Source: Macrostomum lignano (taxonomy: Eukaryota). From it: a stretch of 64,000 nucleotides of DNA. Position numbers and translations under genes: made by a program. Under the pieces are notes generated by a model. The model saw only the letters and a list, made by a program, of their open reading frames with translations. It was not told the origin of the DNA and made no database searches. The DNA is taken from NCBI GenBank assembly GCA_002269645.1, contig NIVC01001274.1, positions 1 to 64,000 on the forward strand, written 5' to 3'. Shown piece by piece: positions 40,101 to 51,735 of this stretch; the stretch's first letter is position 1; the number at the start of each line of letters is the position of its first letter.

Positions 40101-43100
40101 CAAGTGAGAGTCCTGTCTCTAGCAGGTGAGAGTCCTGTCTCTAGCAGGTGAGAGTCCTGTCTCTAGCAGGTGAGAGTCCTGTCTCTAGCAGGTGACAGTC
40201 CTGTCTCTAGCAGGTGAGAGTCGTGTCTCTAGCAGGGCAGGTGAGAGTCCTGTCTCTAGCAGGTGACAGTCCTGTCTCTAGCAGGTGAGAGTCCTGTCTC
40301 TAGCAGGTGAGAGTCCTGTCTCTAGCAGGTGAGAGTCCTATCTCTAACAGGTGAGAATCCTGTCTCTAACAGATGAGAACCCTGTCTCTAACAGGTAGAA
40401 CCCTGTCTCTAACAGGTGAGAACCTTGTCTCTAACAGGTGAGAACCCTGTCTCTAACAGATGAGAACCCTGTCTCTAACAGGTGAGAATCCTGTCTCTAG
40501 CAGGTGAGAGCCTAGTCTCTAGCAGGTGAGAGTCCTGTCTCTAGCAGGTGAGAGCCTAGTCTCTAGCAGGTGAGAGTCCTGTCTCTAGCAGGTGAGAGCC
40601 TAGTCTCTAGCAGGTGAGAGCCTAGTCTCTAGCAGGTGAGAGTCCTGTCTCTAGCAGGTGAGAGCCTAGTCTCTAGCAGGTGAGAGTCCTGTCTCTAGCA
40701 GGTGAGAGCCTAGTCTCTAACAGGTAGAATCCTGTCTCTAACAGGTAGAAACCTTTCTCTAGCAAGTGAGAGTCCTGTCTCTAGCAGGTGAGAGTCCTGT
40801 CTCTAGCAGGTGAGAGTCCTGTCTCTAGCAGGTGAGAGTCCTGTCTCTAGCAGGTGACAGTCCTGTCTCTAGCAGGTGAGAGTCGTGTCTCTAGCAGGGC
40901 AGGTGAGAGTCCTGTCTCTAGCAGGTGACAGTCCTGTCTCTAGCAGATGAGAGTCCTGTCTCTAGCAGGTGAGAGTCCTGTCTCTAGCAGGTGAGAGTCC
41001 TGTCTCTAGCAGGTGAGAGTCCTGTCTCTAGCAGGTGAGAGTCCTGTCTCTAACAAGTGAGAGCCCTGTCTCTAACAGGTAGAAACCTGTCTCTAGCAAG
41101 TGAGATCCTAGTCTCTAGCAGGTGAGATCCTAGTCTCTAGCAGGTGAGAGCCTAGTCTCTAGCAGGTGAGAGCCTAGTCTCTAGCAGGTGAGAGTCCTGT
41201 CTCTAGCAGGTGAGAGCCTAGTCTCTAACAGATAGAATCCTGTCTCTAACAGGTGAGAGTCCTGTCTCTAACAAGTGAGAGCCCTGTCTCTAACAGGTGA
41301 GAGTCCTGTCTCTAACAAGTGAGAGCCCTGTCTCTAACAGGTAGAAACCTGTCTCTAGCAAGTGAGATCCTAGTCTCTAGCAGGTGAGATCCTAGTCTCT
41401 AGCAGGTGAGAGTCCTGTCTCTAGCAGGTGAGAGCCTAGTCTCTAGCAGGTGAGAGTCCTGTCTCTAGCAGGTGAGAGCCTAGTCTCTAGCAGGTGAGAG
41501 CCTAGTCTCTAGCAGGTGAGAGTCCTGTCTCTAGCAGGTGAGAGCCTAGTCTCTAGCAGGTGAGAGTCCTGTCTCTAGCAGGTGAGAGCCTAGTCTCTAA
41601 CAGGTAGAATCCTGTCTCTAACAGGTAGAAACCTTTCTCTAGCAAGTGAGAGTCCTGTCTCTAGCAGGTGAGAGCCTAGTCTCTAACAGGTAGAATCCTG
41701 TCTCTAACAGGTAGAAACCTTTCTCTAGCAAGTGAGAGTCCTGTCTCTAGCAGGTGAGAGTCCTGTCTCTAACAGGTAGAAACCTGTCTCTAGCAAGTGA
41801 GATCCTAGTCTCTAGCAGGTGAGATCCTAGTCTCTAGCAGGTGAGAGTCCTGTCTCTAGCAGGTGAGAGCCTAGTCTCTAGCAGGTGAGAGTCCTGTCTC
41901 TAGCAGGTGAGAGCCTAGTCTCTAGCAGGTGAGAGCCTAGTCTCTAGCAGGTGAGAGTCCTGTCTCTAGCAGGTGAGAGCCTAGTCTCTAGCAGGTGAGA
42001 GTCCTGTCTCTAGCAGGTGAGAGCCTAGTCTCTAACAGGTAGAATCCTGTCTCTAACAGGTAGAAACCTTTCTCTAGCAAGTGAGAGTCCTGTCTCTAGC
42101 AGGTGACAGTCCTGTCTCTAGCAGGTGAGAGTCGTGTCTCTAGCAGGGCAGGTGAGAGTCGTGTCTCTAGCAGGTGAGAGTCCTGTCTCTAGCAGGTGAG
42201 AGTCCTGTCTCTAGCAGGTGAGAGTCCTGTCTCTAGCAGGTGAGAGTCCTGTCTCTAGCAGGTGAGAGTCCTGTCTCTAGCAGGTGAGAGCCTAGTCTCT
42301 AGCAGGTATAATCCTGTCCCTAACAGGTGAGAACCCTGTCTCTAACAGGTACAAACCTGTCTCCAACGGGTAGAACCCTGTCTCTAACAGGTAAAATCCA
42401 TTCTCTAACAGGTACTCGTAAAATCCTGTCTCTAACAGGTGACTACCCATGCTTAACAGGTGTGACATTATCCCTGTCTAACAAGCTGCATCTCCCATTC
42501 CCCACAGTCGTACCTTGAAAGCTTCATCAATATTGCCAATAGTCAAATAGAAGGAGAAGTCCAGCATCGCCTCTTTCGAGTTCTTGTCGCTCTCCTCCAA
42601 TCCTACAAAATCTCGCATTGTCCTCTTGGCGACGTACTGCTTGTGAGAGCTCAGTGTGGCTGAATGCGACTTGTCCAACTGGTCTGTCTTGGCCACCATG
42701 TCTGGTCGGACAGTGAAGTAGAAGTAAGGCGTGTCCACTCTCAGTAGGCCACTGTAGGACTGGTGCATTGCGAACGAGTCCTGCACCCACAGGCCGTGGT
42801 CTGACGAGTAGAAGACCGATATGACCATGCGCTCGGCCTGGGGAGCGTGTGGGATGGGGTGAAGGGTAGAAAGGAAGAGGGGAAGAGGGGAAAAGGGGGA
42901 GACGGGAAGACGGGAAAAAGGGAAGAGGGGAAGAGGGGAGAGGTTGAGAGGGGAAGAGAGGAGAGGGGTAGAGGAAAAGACGGGAAGAGGGGAAGAGGAG
43001 AAAAGGGGAAGAGGGGAAGAGGGGAAGAGGGGAAGATGTGAAGAGGGAAAGAGGTGAGGAGGGGAAGAAGGGGAAGAGGGGAAGAGGGGAAGATGTGAAG

Positions 43101-43706
43101 AGGGAAAGAGGTGAGGAGGGGAAGAAGGGGAAGAGAGGAAGAGGGGAAGATGTGAAGAAGGAAAGAGGTGAGGAGGGGAAGAGGGGAAGACGGGAAGAGG
43201 GAAATGGGGGAAGAGGGGAAGACGGGAAGAGGGGAAATTGGGAAAAGGGGAAGAGGGGAAGACGGGAGAAGCGAAAGAGAGGAAAACGGGAAACGGGATG
43301 AAGGGAAAGAGAGTAAATAGGGAGATAGGGGAAATACAGAACTAAAGGGAAGAGAGAGCACCCTAAATTAACAATAAGACAGTAATTAGGATTGAAATGA
43401 ACGAAAAAAATAGTCTCTAAACGAAAAATCTTTAAATAAAAATTATAATAGTGACATAATTTTTAAAAAACTATTTGGCACGCAATTTTGAATAATTACC
43501 TCGTCAGGCATCACCTTATCATTGTTGGTAATGTTAAACTGCTCAAGGACCTCTTCGTGTGCAGTGAGTTTGGCTTCTACAATGAGTAGCCGGCTGTCCA
43601 GAGCGTCCCAGTGATGGCTGATTGGATAGCGGCCTGACAGGTCCCGGGCTTGGGCCTCCTTGTCGCTGGAATTATCGCGGTTTTTGAGAGAACTTTAATA
43701 AGAGAC

Positions 43707-43749
<43 letters not shown>

Positions 43750-43768
43750 GAGAGAGAGAGAGAGAGAA

Positions 43769-43800
<32 letters not shown>

Positions 43801-46800
43801 GGAGCTAAAACATGAAAATCAGGTCAATCAGTATCAAACAGCTGGAATCCACATGGCCTCACCGATCAATATTCCTATCATTTTCATCGTGCTCCGATCG
43901 ACCAGTTTTCAAGTTGAAATACGTCACCGTGTCCATCTCCACGTCCCAGACGTACACCCGAGGATCAACGCTCAGGTCGTCAAGCACGCAGACAACGCTG
44001 ACGCAGGTGCCAGACGAGTTGACGGCGACAGACTGTATGGTGGCGTGTCGTGGCACATGCTCGCTGATGAACTTCTCGCCGCCGTGAGCTTTGGCTTCGC
44101 GCCGACTGAGATCGAACAGGCGGATCACGCCGCGACTCGAACCAACGACCAAATTGTGAGAGTTGATGGTGAAGCAGACTGGCTCGCCGTGATTGTCGCT
44201 GAAGGCCAGCTGCTGCTTGACCGTGCCCTGATTGAGGGGGGGATTATAAAGTAAAAAACACTTGTATTGCAGAAGATAAACTGATGCTTAAAGTAATCTT
44301 CCCTTCCGATTCTACTCTACCTAATTTACCCCACCAAATCTACCCTACCAAATCTACCCTACCGAATCTACCCTACCAAATTTACCCTACCAAATCTACC
44401 CAGTCGAATCTACCCTACCGAATATACCCTACTAAATCTACCCTACCAAATCTACCCTACCAAATATACACTTTCAGATTTACTCTACCAAATTTACCCT
44501 ACCAAATCTACCCAGTCGAATCTACCCTACCGAATCAACCCTACCAAATCTACCCTATCAAATCTACTTACCGAATCTACCCTACCCAATTTACCCTACC
44601 GAATCTACCCTACCCAATTTACCCTACCGAATCTACCCTACCAAATTTACCCTACCGAATCTACGCAGTCGAATCTACCCTACCGAATATACCCTACCAA
44701 GTCTACCCTACCAAATATAGTCTACCGAATATACACTTTCAGATTTACTCTACCAAATCTACCCTACCGAGTATGCCATACAAAATCTACCCATCCGAAT
44801 CTACCTCACCGAATTCACACTACCGAGTCTGCCATGGCCTCCTTACCTGCAGTGTGCGAACTTGAATCTTCTTAGTCTCGCAGGTGTACACATTTTGATC
44901 GTAAATATCCAATTGGGTAGCATCGCACTGGAATTCTCCAACCTGTTTCAGCAGACTACTGACAGTAATTGGTTCAGCCGAATTGCCAGGCGGTGGCAGC
45001 AGCTCATACGAGGTGATTGACCTGCCATCGGAGCACACCAGATGTGCTCCAGTAGTGCGGACCTGTTTCAACCGGGATTCCAGCTGAAGTTCGGCAAATA
45101 TGCTCTCATTGAAATTGGCTAAGTAGAGAGATTTGGGTCCGGTTTGTACGGCGGATAAGCCGTTGCCATAGTGACAGCTGGCTGGCTGCTCGGTGATTAT
45201 GTACACATCGGAGACAGCATTGAGCCCCAGCAGCTGGTCGCTGGTGCCCCAAGTCAGCTGGCTAACGTTTGAACGAACAAACAACGGCGGCTGAAGCTGC
45301 CATTCGTCTTCGGGCTCGTGCTGAGCAGAGCTGTGAATGGGCTGGTACTTCCAGAATGCCAGCTGACCTGTCTGTGTGCCAGCGGCCAGCACCTGCGGCG
45401 GCGGGTTGGACAAATTGTTGCATAGTTAGAGTGGGGCGGCGAGATGAAGTAGACTGATGGCGGTAGATTGTAGATTAAGGAAGGTAGATCGTATATAAGG
45501 GATGGTAGATGGTAGATTAGGGATGGTAGATGGTAGATTAGGGATGGTAGATGGTAGATTAGGGAAGGCAGATGGTAGATTAGGGAAGGTAAATGGTAGA
45601 TTAGTGATGGTAGATTAGGAAAGGTAGATGGTAGATTAGGGATGGGAGATGGTAGATTAGGGAAGGCAGATGGTAGATTAGGGATGGTAGATGGTAGATA
45701 AGGGAAGGTAGATGGTAGATTAGTGATGGTAGATTAGGAAAGGCAGATGGTAGATTAGGGATGGGAGATGGTAGATTAGGGAAGGCAGATGGTAGATTAG
45801 GGATGGTAGATTAGGAAAGGCAGATGGTAGATTAGGGAAGGTAGTTGGTAGATTAGGGATGGTAGATGGTAGATAAGGGATGGTAGATGGTAGATTAGGG
45901 ATGGTAGATTAGGAAAGGCAGATGGTAGATTAGGAAGGGTAGATGGTAGATTAAGAAGGGTAGATGGTAGACTAATAAGGGTAGATTTGGTAGATTAAGA
46001 ATATTGGCAGATTGGAAGTAGACTGATAGCGGTAGATGGTAGAATAGATGTGGTAGATTATGCAGGGTAAATGGTGGATTAGAGATGGTAGGAATACCTC
46101 GTAGTCGATTAGGGAGGCTAGATTGTAGACTAGGAAGGGTAGGTGGTACATTAGCGAAAGTAGATGTGGTAGATTATGATGGATAGATGATAAATTAGTT
46201 TGGTTAGATGGTAGATTTAGAAGGGTAGATAGTAGATTAGAAAGCGTACATTTGCAGAGTCGATTAAAGAAGGTTAAATAGTACAGGGTAGAAAGGAGAG
46301 GGTAAAAAAGAGACGGTGGGCAGAAGGTAGACAGGTGAGGATAGACAGGAGAGGGTAGACAGGAGAAAGTAGACAGGAGCGAGTGGACAGGAGAGAGTAG
46401 ACAGGAGAGAGTAGACAGGAGAGAGTAGACAGGAGAGAGTAGACAGGAGAGAGTAGACAGGGGAGAGTAGACAGGAGAGAGTGGACAGGAGCGAGTAGAC
46501 AGGGGAGAGTAGACAGGGGAGAGTAGACAGGAGAGAGTAGACAGGAGAGAGTAGACAGGAGAGAGTAGACAGGAGAGAGTAGACAGGAGAGAGTAGACAG
46601 GAGAGAGTAGACAGGAGAGAGTAGACAGGAGAGAGTAGACAGAAGAGAGTAGACAGGAGAGAGTAGACAGGTAAGAGTGGACAGAAGAGAGTAGACAGGG
46701 GAGAGTAGTCAGGAGAGAGTAGACAGGTAAGAGTAGACAGAAGAGAGTAGACAGGTAAGAGTAGACAGAAGAGAGTAGACAGGAGAGAGTAGACAGGTAA

Positions 46801-49800
46801 GAGTAAACAGAAGAGAGTAGATAGGAGAGAGTAGACAGGAGAGGGCAGCTAAGACAGTATGTAATAAAAGCAAAGCCAAATTCACTCACTTGTTTCTTAG
46901 CCGAATAAGCAATGGACGTGACCTGCACATTGGAATCGTATCCCATGCCATCCTGCATAGACAGGGTGTAATTATCCTCGCTAGCGATATCCCAGAATCG
47001 AACCATTGTCTCGCCAACAGCCATTGCTAGAAGAGTTTTCCCAGCCCAGATGATATCCGGCTTGGGGCTTCTGCAGGCCAACTTGAACTTCGTAAGCTCC
47101 CTGGCTGCTCCGTTCGGCCCGATGCTGTGCTGGGACAACGAGCCGCTGTCCGTCACGCTGATCAACAGGTTGCGCTTCTGATGGTACAGCAGCCGCTTGA
47201 CGGCACCCTCGGTGCTGAACAGCAGCTCGCATCGACCGTGCTCGTCCAGATAGTGAACCGAGCCGTTCAATGTGCCGACAAAGAAGCAGTTGGCTTCGAT
47301 TGGGCCGGTGGGAGCGGCGGGGCCGACTCCGGCGGGTTGCGCGCCAGGTCTGGAGCTTCCGCCAGCGTTGTGCGAGGTGAACAGGTCCAGGGCGCGCTCG
47401 TCTCCGCTCACTGCCAGCTTGGCCAGGGTGGACAGGTCGCTGCGGACGGGGTGAAAGATAATGGGCTCGATTCAGAGTGTGATGTATCATTATATTGACA
47501 CTGACGTTGCGTCCTTATTGACACTGACGTTGTGTCCTTATTGACACTGACGTTGCGTCCTTATTGACACTGACGTTGTGTCCTTATTGACACTGACGTT
47601 GCGTCCTTATTGACACTGACGTTGCGTCCTTATTGACACTGACGTTGTGTCCCTATAAACACTGACATTGTGTTCTTATTGACACTGACGTAGTGTCCTT
47701 ATTGACACTGACGTAGTGTCCTTGTTGACAGTGAAGTTGTGTCCCTATTGACACTGACGTAGTGTCCTTGTTGACACTGACGTTGTGTCCTTGTTGACAC
47801 TGACGTTGTGTCCTTGTTGACACTGACGTTGTGTCCTTGTTGACACTGACGTTGTGTCCCTGTTGACACTGACGTAGTGTCCCTGTTGACACTGACGTTG
47901 TGTCCTTGTTGACACTGAGGTTGCGTCATTACTAATTCTGACGTAGTGTCCTTATTGACTCTGACGTTTTGTCTTTATTAACACTGACGTTGTGTCTTTA
48001 TTGACACTGACGTTGTGTCCTTATTGACACTGACGTTGTGTCTTTATTGACACTGACGTTGTGTCTTTATTGACACTGACGTTGTGTCCTTATTGACACT
48101 GACGTTGTGTCTTTATTGGGGGCCGTAGCCCAACGGTAAGGCAGCTGCTCTGGTGTGCCAGCGACCCAGGCTCGATTCCAAGTGCAGTCACATTAATTTG
48201 GGGCTGAATTGGAATCTCGGCTTGGCTCTGCTCGTGCAATTAACGGCCTTGAGAGCCAACCCCCCGAGGCGCAGTGAAGTGTACGATAAAATAAAGTTAG
48301 GGCCGCTGTACACTCCTGTGTGAGTGTGTGCGCTTGTATGCCTGCTCAGGGGAGTCGGTGGAATGGGCAGTAATGCCTCTCGCCGGTTGTGTGCCTATGT
48401 CGCTTAAAGTGCGCCAGGGTGCACACAACCCCCCTGCCTCTAATAAAAAAATGTGTCTTTATTGACACTGAAGTTGTGTCTTTATTTACACTAAAGTTGT
48501 GTCTTTAATGACACTAAATTTGTCCTTATTGACACTAAAAATGTGTCCCTTTAATTCGGTACACTGGAACTCACAGTCCATCCTCAGTGCCGCTGATCGG
48601 CTGCAGCAGCATGGACACCACAGCGCTGGAGACTTTGGCCGAATAGTTCGGAGCCGGTTGCGGTTTGCCTTTCATGTCGAGCTTCCATTGGTAGACTGTG
48701 CCGTACTGAGAACAAAGAAGGTGTTCGACGTTTAGTTCTCTGCAATAAACATGCATTATCTACTCTAACCGAGCCACTACTCCTAAAATTATTCCTTTTC
48801 TGCCCTACTGAATCTGTAGTTTATACGAAAAAACTACCGAACCGAATCTACCCAGACCGAATCTACCCAGACCGAATCTACCCCAGACCGAATCTACCCA
48901 GACCGAATCTATCCCAGACAGAATCTACCCCAGACCGAATCTACCCCAGACAGAATCTACCCCAGACCGAATCTATCCCAGACAGAATCTACCCGTCTAA
49001 AAAGAGTCTACCATCAGACAGAATCTACCCCAGACCGAATCTACCCCAGACCGAATCTACCCCAGCCAGAATCTACCCCAGACAGAATCTACCCCAGACA
49101 GAATCCACCCCAGACCGAATCTACCCCAGACAGAATCTAACCCAGACCGAATCTACCCCAGACAGAATCTACCCGTCTAAAAAGAGTCTACCATCAGACA
49201 GAATCCACAAACGCCTAGAAAACTCCATAAAATGTATTAAATTAATGCAAACGAAAAAAAAACAAGTCTCACATTGTCCCCAGTAAGCAATCGAATTCCT
49301 TTGCCATTGAACGCCAGCTCGCGAATCTCCGTCTTGTGGATTGGCGCAAATTCAAACAGCTGCTTCTCGCGCTCGTTCCAAACTGAAGCTTCGCCGCTCT
49401 CCCAGCCGCAGACAAGAATTGGCTTGACTGGGTGCCACGCAATGCAGGTTGGGGCGCACGGTTTGCTGACCTCCGAGTCCATGACACGCTCGCCCTGCAT
49501 TTTTTGCAAAAAAATAAAATAATTATTGAACTAAAAACTTCTTGCTTATGATCTAGATCTGCAATTTCTAACAATTTTAATAATAATATTTGCATTCTGT
49601 AGTCAGCAAAGTCTAATTTAGTTTTAGTATAGCAATATAAAATAGTTTAAAGTTAAAATAAGGATTATTATGATTGATTTATATTTTTTATTTACTAAAA
49701 TTATCTTTTTTAAGATAATATGTAAAAACCTGCAATTTCAAAGGCATAGTCTTCAATATATATTAAACATTTGCTTTAAAATAAAGTAATCCTATATACT

Positions 49801-50211
49801 AATTATTGAATTGTCAAAATAATGGAAACTCATTTAAAAGAAGATCAATAAATATTAAATATTAATTTCTTTTTAGTTTTTATACTTTCTACTTTTACAT
49901 GTGTCTTCAGATTTACCCTCTGGGAAGGTTAAAGTAGGCCTAGTTCTAACTTGAAAATGAATAAGTAAACAGAAACTATAATATTTCGATTTCGTACAAA
50001 AAATATTTGTCTATAACCTAGCTGTTTATTAAATCATGAAATAAAAATAATTTAACATCAGATACCTTACCTCATCCTTAAAAAATAGAATGGACCCTCC
50101 GATATTAGAATCATACGATGCAACAGCTAGATACTTTAATTTCTCGTGCCATGCAATGCTGACGATGTTCCCTTTGCTAACTTTAATGTGTTGGTCGAAG
50201 TAGATTGACAT
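32512..50211 (-). CDS. IFT140: Intraflagellar transport protein 140 (WD40 + TPR; IFT-A complex)
   Basis: 14 exons: 50071-50211, 49273-49494, 48575-48705, 46890-47439, 44847-45392, 43863-44227, 43500-43692, 42514-42837, 38962-39576, 36662-36820, 35155-35898, 34598-34740, 33795-33939, 32512-32724. Total 4491 nt, all phases consistent, 1496 aa. Motifs: [103 protein letters not shown]. Confidence 0.97.
32800..33640 (+). repeat. 12-bp CAACCCTGCACC repeat (6-bp periodic), IFT140 intron 13
   Basis: Direct reading. Confidence 0.95.
34028..34500 (+). repeat. (CTAT)n plus 12-bp ATCAATCTACCT repeat, IFT140 intron 12
   Basis: Direct reading. Confidence 0.93.
34860..35080 (+). repeat. 14-bp GGTAGGGTAG(A/C)CTC repeat, IFT140 intron 11
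   Basis: Direct reading. Confidence 0.93.
35975..36650 (+). repeat. 15-bp CCCTGTCTTCCCCAC repeat, IFT140 intron 10
   Basis: About 45 units; source of GKTGWGRQ ORFs. Confidence 0.97.
37000..38950 (+). repeat. 10-bp TTCACACTAA satellite, IFT140 intron 9
   Basis: About 190 units. Confidence 0.98.
39640..42320 (+). repeat. 22-bp CTAGCAGGTGAGAGTCCTGTCT satellite, IFT140 intron 8
   Basis: About 120 units with internal higher-order duplications. Confidence 0.98.
42860..43300 (+). repeat. Purine-rich GGGAAGAG repeat, IFT140 intron 7
   Basis: Direct reading. Confidence 0.9.
43705..43800 (+). repeat. (GA)n microsatellite, IFT140 intron 6
   Basis: Direct reading. Confidence 0.95.
44330..44820 (+). 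repeat. 13-14-bp GAATCTACCCTACC repeat, IFT140 intron 5
   Basis: Direct reading. Confidence 0.9.
45460..46845 (+). repeat. Two arrays in IFT140 intron 4: ~21-bp AGATGGTAGATTAGGGATGGT (45460-45975) and 14-bp GAGAGTAGACAGGA (46330-46845)
   Basis: Direct reading. Confidence 0.93.
47495..48545 (+). repeat. 23-bp TTGACACTGACGTTGTGTCCTTA repeat, IFT140 intron 3, interrupted by a SINE
   Basis: Direct reading. Confidence 0.95.
48118..48451 (+). mobile_element. tRNA-derived SINE, copy 2
   Basis: Same family as 27630-27989. Clean TSD TGTGTCTTTATT at 48106-48117 and 48452-48463, with an A-tail. Confidence 0.92.
48840..49205 (+). repeat. 16-17-bp GAATCTACCCCAGACC repeat, IFT140 intron 2
   Basis: Direct reading. 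Confidence 0.93.
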
Positions 50212-51099
50212 GTCATACAGGACGCATAAGACGATGATTTAAAATATAATTTGTCGTGATATGCGAATCGCTATTTGTAGGTTGTAACTCTTGTAATGCT
50301 CGCGGTGACAAAAATGTAAAAATATGTATAATTTAAATTTTTGGCGTTGTATCAAGTGTCAATAAGAATTTTTCATTGAAAGATAGTATATTATAACAAA
50401 AGGTAGCTTTTAATTCAACGTACTGTCTCTTATTATTTGAAAAATTGCGTAAATAAAAGACAAAGTTATTTTTTAACGTAAATTTTTCTGATCGCATTAG
50501 AAATTTAAAACTATATAGCAATTCAAGTTCGACTTAAAAATGAAACCTTATCATGGATCCGTCTACTTAGGACAAAATATCACCCATTGTGCAGGCATAT
50601 GCGTAAGAACGGGGAGCCAGTGTGAAAGTGGCTCCTACTTTACTATGTTGACCATACCCCCTACTTTTATTGCTAAGAAAATCAAATGTCACCATGCAAA
50701 CTACATGAAATACAGTACATGTACATGTACAGTATATAATGGGAGCTATGTACCCCTCCCTAAACGTACGTTCAGAGAAATGGTGCGGAAATAGAACTGT
50801 AGCCTTTAAGTTTCAGCTCGTTCAGCCGATCTGCAAAGCCTACAGTATGTAAACATGCAACATATCAAATTTTTACGTACTGCTTTTTGAACTGGTACTC
50901 TCTGCAAATCATGTACATGTACACGCGAATTCTCTGAACTCACGATTTTACCCATACAAGCAAAGAAAATGTAACTAATTAAATGTGTGCTCCCTTAGCT
51001 GACTTTCCAAGGGTTTAAAAATACTTCTTGCATGTAAGCACTAACTCTCCGACACTGCGAAAATTAAATCACGTCGCTTGGTTGTCCTTGAGATTTTCT

Positions 51100-51385
51100 G
51101 GAGCTGTTGTCGCTAGTTTTAGCGTCCGGACTCACGACTTGAAGGTTAAGGGGGTTCGATTCCCGATTCCACTGACACAATTTGTGTCCTTGAGAAAGAC
51201 ACTTAATTCTGCATTTGCTTCAGTTCACCCAGCTGTAAAATATAACACCATGACAGCAGCATCAGCTGGGGGTAAATTGAGGGTGTGTGGCGACCCCCCA
51301 GTCCTTGTACTGAACAGCCGTACGCAGCCTTTAGATGCGCCGCGTAATAGCTACGGCTGAGCTGTCGGTTATTAGGGCAGGTTTA
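51100..51385 (+). mobile_element. CORE-like tRNA-derived SINE, second copy
   Basis: GGTTCGATTCCCG B box followed by TTTGTGTCCTTGAGAAAGACACTTAATTCTGCATTTGCTTCAGTTCACCCAGCTGTAAAA, matching 9248-9402. The 3' end is approximate. Confidence 0.75.
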
Positions 51386-51735
51386 ATCGATTATTATATT
51401 TTTTGGGATGAGAGGAAGGAAAAAAATTAGTAAAAGATAGGTTAATAAAGGGTAATCAAAGTGTCTGCCATGTTTGCTTAGGAAAAGTGTACGCTTGTAT
51501 ATTTCCTTACACACATGCGCGGCCGAAGTCAATCTAGATATGATGATGAAATAAGTCTCAGAAATTACGAATTCTTGTATTCGACCCATTTCGATATGCA
51601 TTTGACATGACTTCGGCATGCAATATTATGTAATTTAGGGGGCCGTGTAATTGTATATTATTTTGATGTTATGCAACATATACTACTCATAAAACCAGTT
51701 TCCGCTTGTGTAGTTCTATTCTTAAAAATCGGCGG

